Below the pieces are notes generated by a model, which saw nothing but the letters and a program-made list of their open reading frames with translations, searched no databases and had not been told where the DNA came from. From positions 463-64,462 of the forward strand of contig JBAXUB010000002.1 of NCBI GenBank assembly GCA_037129895.1: a DNA stretch of 64,000 bases. Reading direction: 5' to 3'. Origin of the DNA: Candidatus Tayloriibacteriota bacterium (GTDB lineage: Bacteria > Patescibacteriota > Minisyncoccia > Phycocordibacterales > PALSA-1337). The translations under genes and the position numbers were made by a program. Below are positions 58,510-64,000 of this stretch, one piece after another. Every line of letters begins with the position of its first letter. Within the stretch, counting starts at the first letter, position 1.

Positions 58510-59133
58510 ATGATAATTAGTAGATACAAAACCAGTGGGGTGAAATTTTTTGATTGGACCAATCTGATGGCTTATGCAGTTGGTCTAATTACAACAGATG
58601 GCTGTCTATACTCTGACCGGAGACATATTTCATTGACATCAAAAGACTTGGAACAAATTATTAACATTAGATCAGCCCTCCGTATTTATCCGAAAATCGG
58701 TATTAATAAAAATATTTATGGTGCAACATATAGGGTTCAATTCAGTAATGTACTCCTATATGATTGGCTTATATCGATTGGTTTGACTGCAAACAAATCA
58801 TTATCTATAGGGCCACTATCTATACCCAATAAGTACTTTGGGGATTTTCTCAGAGGCCATCTCGATGGTGATGGTTCAATAACAACATACGAGGAGACTT
58901 ACACACAAAAAAATGGAGGCATAAATGTTTATAACAGGCTTTCTGTAAGATTCATTTCAGCTAGTCAAACGCATATACAGTGGTTACAATCAAAAGTAAT
59001 TGAAATATTCCATGTAGCTGGCCGACTACACAAGACTAAATCGAACAAAATTGGAAATTCAATGTATATATTGAAATTTGGCAAAATCGACTCTCTTGAG
59101 CTATTATCCAAGATATACTACTCAAATGAATAA
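58510..59133 (+). CDS. Free-standing LAGLIDADG homing endonuclease
   Basis: Two motifs AYAVGLITTDG and FLRGHLDGDG; the true start must follow the tRNA (ATG at 58510). Confidence 0.9.
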   Translation: MIISRYKTSGVKFFDWTNLMAYAVGLITTDGCLYSDRRHISLTSKDLEQIINIRSALRIYPKIGINKNIYGATYRVQFSNVLLYDWLISIGLTANKSLSIGPLSIPNKYFGDFLRGHLDGDGSITTYEETYTQKNGGINVYNRLSVRFISASQTHIQWLQSKVIEIFHVAGRLHKTKSNKIGNSMYILKFGKIDSLELLSKIYYSNE

Positions 59134-60100
59134 AATCCCCCTCCTCGTAATCCTCGGGCCTACAGCCACGGGCAAAAGTGATCTTGCTGTCAATATCGCA
59201 TTCCATGTCAAAGAACTGAGCCATGGTTTCTACACCGGAGCTGAAATTATTTCTGCTGACTCACGACAAGTTTACAAAGGACTAGATATTGGAACAGGAA
59301 AAATCACGAAATTAGAAATGAAAGGTGTAAAGCATCATCTACTCGATGTGTGTAGTCCTAGAAAAATTTTTGATGTCATACAATTCAAGAAGTTTACAGA
59401 AAATGCGATCAGCAAAATTTCCGAGAACGGCAAACTACCGATCATATGTGGCGGTACTGGATTCTACATAGATGCCGTTGTAAATAATATCAACTTTACG
59501 AATGTACAAGCTGATCAGAAATTGCGCGAAAAGCTCTCAGAGCTACGACCGACGAGATTGCTTTCTATGTTACAAAAACTCGATCCAGTCCGTGCTGCGA
59601 AATTGAATACATCGGATAGCAAGAACCCTGTTAGACTCATTCGAGCTATAGAGATTGCCAAAGGCTTATCAAAATATAACAGAAAGGTGGCAGCATTAGC
59701 GGCAGTACCAACAACCACAGCACAGGCAAAGGAATATGAACCAATATACATTGGATTACAACTCGACCGAGAGACGCTCACAAAGCGCATAGCCAATAGA
59801 TTGATGAAAAGGATCGATAACGGAATGATCGAGGAAGCGATCAATCTCCACAAACCAATGAAAGCCGGAGGTGTGAATCTGTCTTGGAAGAGAATGGAAG
59901 CACTCGGACTTGAATACAGATATTTGGCCCGTCTATTACAAAACAAAATTTCAAAAGAAGAAATGATAACAAAACTCAATACAGAGATAAACCGATATGC
60001 AAAGAGACAAATGACATGGTTCAAGAGAAATGAAGCAATACACTGGTTCAAACCTGGACAGGATGATGAAATTCTAAAATTTTTAAGGACCCGAATATAG
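59126..60100 (+). CDS. miaA: tRNA dimethylallyltransferase
   Basis: GPTATGKS, ISADSRQVYKGLDIGT, GGTGFY and YAKRQMTWF motifs. Confidence 0.97.
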   Translation: MNKIPLLVILGPTATGKSDLAVNIAFHVKELSHGFYTGAEIISADSRQVYKGLDIGTGKITKLEMKGVKHHLLDVCSPRKIFDVIQFKKFTENAISKISENGKLPIICGGTGFYIDAVVNNINFTNVQADQKLREKLSELRPTRLLSMLQKLDPVRAAKLNTSDSKNPVRLIRAIEIAKGLSKYNRKVAALAAVPTTTAQAKEYEPIYIGLQLDRETLTKRIANRLMKRIDNGMIEEAINLHKPMKAGGVNLSWKRMEALGLEYRYLARLLQNKISKEEMITKLNTEINRYAKRQMTWFKRNEAIHWFKPGQDDEILKFLRTRI

Positions 60101-60201
60101 AGCCCCATATATATTGACATAAATGCCATTTAGATGTATAGTGTCTCCAGATCCGATCAAAAAGGATACAAAATAGTGATCGGGAAATGGGAGTTTGACA
60201 T

Positions 60202-60942
60202 ATGACAACAAAGATGACAAAAAAGATTGTAACGATGTCTGGATCGTGGAGCGTTTCCGCGACGACAACAGCAAAGAAAGACCAGTGGGAGCTGGCTCGG
60301 TTCTACCTCAGTGACTTCGATTTTATGACCTGCAACATGCGAGGTCATAACGGAATCACGAGGCCAGATGGCTTGTCCCTCAAGGACTACGAGGAAGATC
60401 TCGTGGACTTTCTCAAGGTTACCGGACCTTCACACCTCATGGCCCATTCTATGGGTGGTGTGGTGGCTCAGGCTGTAACGAATCGCGTACCGGGACTCGT
60501 AAAGAGTCTCGTACTCATTGCCAGCGCTCCACCAGGAGTTAAGACCATTGCTGGCACGAAGATCAACTACAGATTCCTGCGACCATCCTACATCCGCGCA
60601 TTTTGTAGCGGAGAGGCATACAGCCTGAAACCAGCTGACCAGGTATTCCTGCGTGGGAATAGCTGTACCGATATCGCGCTTGGTCCGGAATCAGGGCTCG
60701 CTTCTCGGGAAATTCTTTTCCGTAAGTACCCTGTTCGACCGATCAACACCTGCCCCGTATTGGTGATCGCGTCCGGCCGAGACCAATTACTCTCGATGCA
60801 GAGCCAGCGCGACATGTGCTGCTATCATGGCGGCGACTTCGTCAATATTCGAGACGCACAACACATGGTCCACTGCGACCAAGAGAACTGTTCAGAGCTG
60901 TTTAGCGAGATCAATCGCTGGCTCCGCAGTTTCAAAAGTTAA
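60202..60942 (+). CDS. Alpha/beta hydrolase
   Basis: RGH, AHSMGG nucleophile elbow, D and H. Own promoter TTGACA-17-TATAGT (60114-60142) and terminator (60978-61011). Confidence 0.88.
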   Translation: MTTKMTKKIVTMSGSWSVSATTTAKKDQWELARFYLSDFDFMTCNMRGHNGITRPDGLSLKDYEEDLVDFLKVTGPSHLMAHSMGGVVAQAVTNRVPGLVKSLVLIASAPPGVKTIAGTKINYRFLRPSYIRAFCSGEAYSLKPADQVFLRGNSCTDIALGPESGLASREILFRKYPVRPINTCPVLVIASGRDQLLSMQSQRDMCCYHGGDFVNIRDAQHMVHCDQENCSELFSEINRWLRSFKS

Positions 60943-61043
60943 GAACAATCATTTGTTAACTTGACCTTAGTTTACACGACCGACGAACATCATATGTACG
61001 TCGGTCTTTTTATTAAATAGGTCTGAACAGAAGATCAATCACT

Positions 61044-61685
61044 CTATGAATAGAACTGCCCCATATCTTTCTTGAACCATTTTGTAGCGATCGCATATAT
61101 TGAGTATGTGATGAAGAATGCCGCAGCAACATCGATAGTATAATGATAATGCCCGAGAAGGACGATCACTCCAAAGAATACTGCAGCTAATAAGAATAGA
61201 TAATAATATGTCTTGTGAATCTTTCCAAAGATCAAAGCCATGAGGTACGGAAGTCCAGTATGCCCAGAGAAAAACATATCACTTCCGAATGTCAGGCTCT
61301 TTATCCACCCATATGAATAATCGAACGGAATCACATATGGATATGGTCCGAGATGTGTCAAAGTAGTAAAAATAGACCTCACGACCACGAACAACGTTAT
61401 GGCCTTCAGTGCAAACGGTATCCGCTTTGGTTCTTTCAACAATAGAAATGCGATCAAAGCCCATACGAATAGTGGGCCATAAACGAATACGCCATCAACA
61501 TTATATATAGGAATATTACTCAGAACTATATCTGTAACTAGATTGCTCGCATGTTCAGTAGCATAATTGGATGTGTAATAATTGAACACGAATGCCCCGA
61601 CCAGAGCCAAGATCGATACGATGAATGAAATGACGAACTGCTTGTTTGTAAAAGTAACTCTATATTTATGTGTAAAATTTTTCAT
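61044..61685 (-). CDS. PAP2-related / sphingomyelin-synthase-family membrane protein
   Basis: DMFFSGHT and HYHYTIDV motifs, six TM helices. Confidence 0.88.
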   Translation of the reverse strand: MKNFTHKYRVTFTNKQFVISFIVSILALVGAFVFNYYTSNYATEHASNLVTDIVLSNIPIYNVDGVFVYGPLFVWALIAFLLLKEPKRIPFALKAITLFVVVRSIFTTLTHLGPYPYVIPFDYSYGWIKSLTFGSDMFFSGHTGLPYLMALIFGKIHKTYYYLFLLAAVFFGVIVLLGHYHYTIDVAAAFFITYSIYAIATKWFKKDMGQFYS

Positions 61686-61801
61686 TATTGTTATTGCACT
61701 ATTTCAACCAGTTTCTTTTCTGCAGGTAACATGTAAGCTGTAGCACTCATTCCACAATAATACTACAAAACAAACCCCCGTGCTATCATGTCTTTATCAA
61801 C

Positions 61802-62536
61802 ATGATTTCTATCATCATTCCTACATACAAAGAAGAGAAATACATTCACGAAGCCATCTCTCAGTTCAACAGACTCACAATACCTCATGAGATTATCGTT
61901 ACTGATGATTGTAGTCCCGACAAAACATTAGAGATAGCTAGAAGTACCAATGTAATAGTAATAGAGGCAAAACAGAAACATCCAACTATTGCAGCGAATA
62001 GAAATGCTGGAGCTAAATCAGCAAAAGGTGAATTCCTAGTTTTTTTGGACGCTGACAGTAGAATACTGGATGCTAATAGTTTTTTCGAACGAGCTCTTCA
62101 CAGATTTAGCCAAGACCAAAACCAGAAACAGGCCCAGAAACTAGTTGCTATCACTGGATCATTCTGGGTGAGTCCAGACAAAGCTAGTCTCGCGGACATA
62201 CTCGTGTATTCCATCTTTAACATAGTCCACCGTCTGAAAAATAATGTATTACACACTGGCGAAGCACCAGGTAAATTCCAGATGATACGAAATGAATCAT
62301 TTCTCACAGTGAACGGATTTCGCGAGGATCTAGTATCACGTGAAGACGCGGATATATTCCAACGTTTGAACAAGATAGGTCGCACGTTTGCTGATCGGGA
62401 GCTCGTAGTCTATCATTCAGGGCGCAGGTCGAGAGCGATCGGCTGGCCAAAATTATTATGGATATGGATGAGGGATTCTTTCTCCGTTGCGACGAAAAAT
62501 GTTTCTGCATCGAGAGAATGGAAAGCCATCAGGTAA
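61802..62536 (+). CDS. Glycosyltransferase family 2
   Basis: SIIIPTY, DD.S.D.T, FLDAD and ED motifs. Confidence 0.93.
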   Translation: MISIIIPTYKEEKYIHEAISQFNRLTIPHEIIVTDDCSPDKTLEIARSTNVIVIEAKQKHPTIAANRNAGAKSAKGEFLVFLDADSRILDANSFFERALHRFSQDQNQKQAQKLVAITGSFWVSPDKASLADILVYSIFNIVHRLKNNVLHTGEAPGKFQMIRNESFLTVNGFREDLVSREDADIFQRLNKIGRTFADRELVVYHSGRRSRAIGWPKLLWIWMRDSFSVATKNVSASREWKAIR

Positions 62537-62613
62537 CATAAAACGCAGATAATTCGATAAATATTTTATTTATTTTATCAAAAATACGCCAGCATCTATT
62601 AAATTACATAAAT

Positions 62614-63321
62614 ATGAAAATCTCAGTTGTTATTCCAGCCCATAATGAAGAACTAACCATAGCAAACACTATCCGCGCTGTGCTCGCGCAAGATTATCCA
62701 GATTTTGAAGTTATAGTAGTTAATAACGCTAGTTCAGACAGAACCGCCGAGATTGTGTCCGGATTCCCAGTTAGACTGGTAAATGAATCTCGTAAAGGAT
62801 TATTATGGGCACGCGAAAAAGGACGTAAGGAAGCAAGTGGCCAGATCATCGCCAATATTGACGCCGACTGTGTACCAGAGAAAGACTGGCTGACTCGCGG
62901 TGCTAAACACTTTATCCGAGATGAAAACGACCATTTCGTTGAAATAGTCGCTGTTACAGGACCGTATGACTATCATGATGCGAAGCCATTCTTCCGAAAT
63001 ACCTCACTCTTTATACAGAAATATATTTACAGACCGTTTCAATTCATTCTACAATCACCACTCATAAAGAACGGAGCGATCCTGATCGGTGGCAATAACT
63101 TCATTCGAGCAGACATATTGGAGAAAGCTGACGGATATAACACAGATCTAACATTCTATGGTGAAGACACTGATACAGCGAAACGTGTTTCGAGGTATGG
63201 CCGAGTCGTCTTCAGTCCGACATTGATCATGAAGACTTCCGCTAGAAGATTCAAGAATGAGGGAGTCATATCTATCGAATCAAAATACATATATCACTTT
63301 TTTAAGAATGTTTTCAAATAG
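62614..63321 (+). CDS. Glycosyltransferase family 2
   Basis: SVVIPAHNEE, IDADC, GED and TSARR motifs. Confidence 0.93.
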   Translation: MKISVVIPAHNEELTIANTIRAVLAQDYPDFEVIVVNNASSDRTAEIVSGFPVRLVNESRKGLLWAREKGRKEASGQIIANIDADCVPEKDWLTRGAKHFIRDENDHFVEIVAVTGPYDYHDAKPFFRNTSLFIQKYIYRPFQFILQSPLIKNGAILIGGNNFIRADILEKADGYNTDLTFYGEDTDTAKRVSRYGRVVFSPTLIMKTSARRFKNEGVISIESKYIYHFFKNVFK

Positions 63322-63327
63322 TGACCA

Positions 63328-63927
63328 TTATGCAATATCCTTCCCTATCTGACTACCGATATATTTTCGGTATTCATTGAGCGCGAGTAGTATAATAACG
63401 AATATTACAACTACGGATACTTTTCCGAATATTGAGTCAAATTTCATATACATATCACCTAGGAAATATCCGCTAGCTAGCAATATTCCTGTCCAGAAGA
63501 ATTGACCGACGAGATTGATGAGAAGATATTTTACAAAAGGGATCCTGACCATACCAGCTACCATGAGTGTGACGAGTGCCAGACCGAAGCCATTGGTCAC
63601 TTTGGAGACTATCAGGATCTTGCCATGATATTTATGAAATATCTTGGTGGCTTTCTCGATCCTTTCAGGTGTCAGATTGAAATATTTACCAAATCTGTAT
63701 ACGAACCTAGAAGCTCCATGCCTGCCGATCTCATACCAGACGATATCACCTATGAGGTCTCCCGCCATGAGTGCAGCATATACAGGTAAGAATGGAAATG
63801 CTCCGATCTTGATCAATGCTCCGAAAAATATGGACAGAATAGGACCTTCTGCACATGCCAATACAATGATTGCGAAATATATGAGTACGCTATGATCCGT
63901 CGAAAAATGTAAGAGCCAAGTATCCAT
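63328..63927 (-). CDS. DedA/VTT family membrane protein
   Basis: EGP, GD..WYEIGR and AG...F motifs. Confidence 0.9.
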   Translation of the reverse strand: MDTWLLHFSTDHSVLIYFAIIVLACAEGPILSIFFGALIKIGAFPFLPVYAALMAGDLIGDIVWYEIGRHGASRFVYRFGKYFNLTPERIEKATKIFHKYHGKILIVSKVTNGFGLALVTLMVAGMVRIPFVKYLLINLVGQFFWTGILLASGYFLGDMYMKFDSIFGKVSVVVIFVIILLALNEYRKYIGSQIGKDIA

Positions 63928-63928
63928 G

Positions 63929-63999
63929 CGGGCGATCGAGGAATCGAACCTCGGACAGCGGTTTTGGAGACCGCAGTTATACCACTTAACTAATCGCCC
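63929..63999 (-). tRNA. tRNA-Trp (CCA)
   Basis: GGGCGAT/ATCGCCC acceptor, anticodon loop CTCCAAA, TTCGATT. Confidence 0.97.
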
Positions 64000-64000
64000 A

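Noticed and set aside
1-64000. Alternative genetic code (TGA=Gly, as in Gracilibacteria/SR1)
   Set aside because: Conserved genes are full-length under code 11, and TGA terminates several of them (e.g. dinB, pgl).

Overview
The window appears to be chromosomal DNA from a Patescibacteria/CPR (Parcubacteria-like) bacterium using the standard genetic code. This taxonomy is inferred from gene content and style, not from a marker search. The left ~10.1 kb is an integrated element. It has a large serine recombinase (cut by the window edge), a small replication/regulation module with a 21-bp-phased iteron-like array beside a perfect DnaA box, and a tightly packed five-gene defence operon (AbiEi-AbiEii-EcoRI-type methyltransferase-DUF262/HNH nuclease-orphan membrane protein). 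Its apparent right att site (~10.1 kb) carries the 3' end of a tRNA-Asn and a start-less peptide that looks like the alternative C-terminus of the recombinase. A second accessory stretch (10.3-18.8 kb) holds a 96-bp direct repeat and orphan genes. Next come a 2736-aa surface adhesin, a P1B ATPase with an atypical CADD motif, a lexA-dinB SOS cassette with a GAAC-N4-GTTC box, and core genes (pgl, gnd, DEAD helicase, dnaX, dus, serS, dprA, topA, parB, miaA). There are three tRNAs (Gln, Leu, Trp) and a free-standing LAGLIDADG gene. Three intergenic regions (31.07-31.5 kb, 46.83-47.0 kb, 57.98-58.37 kb) look like structured non-coding RNAs that I cannot assign to a known family. All calls come from reading the sequence and translated ORFs; no database searches or folding programs were run.
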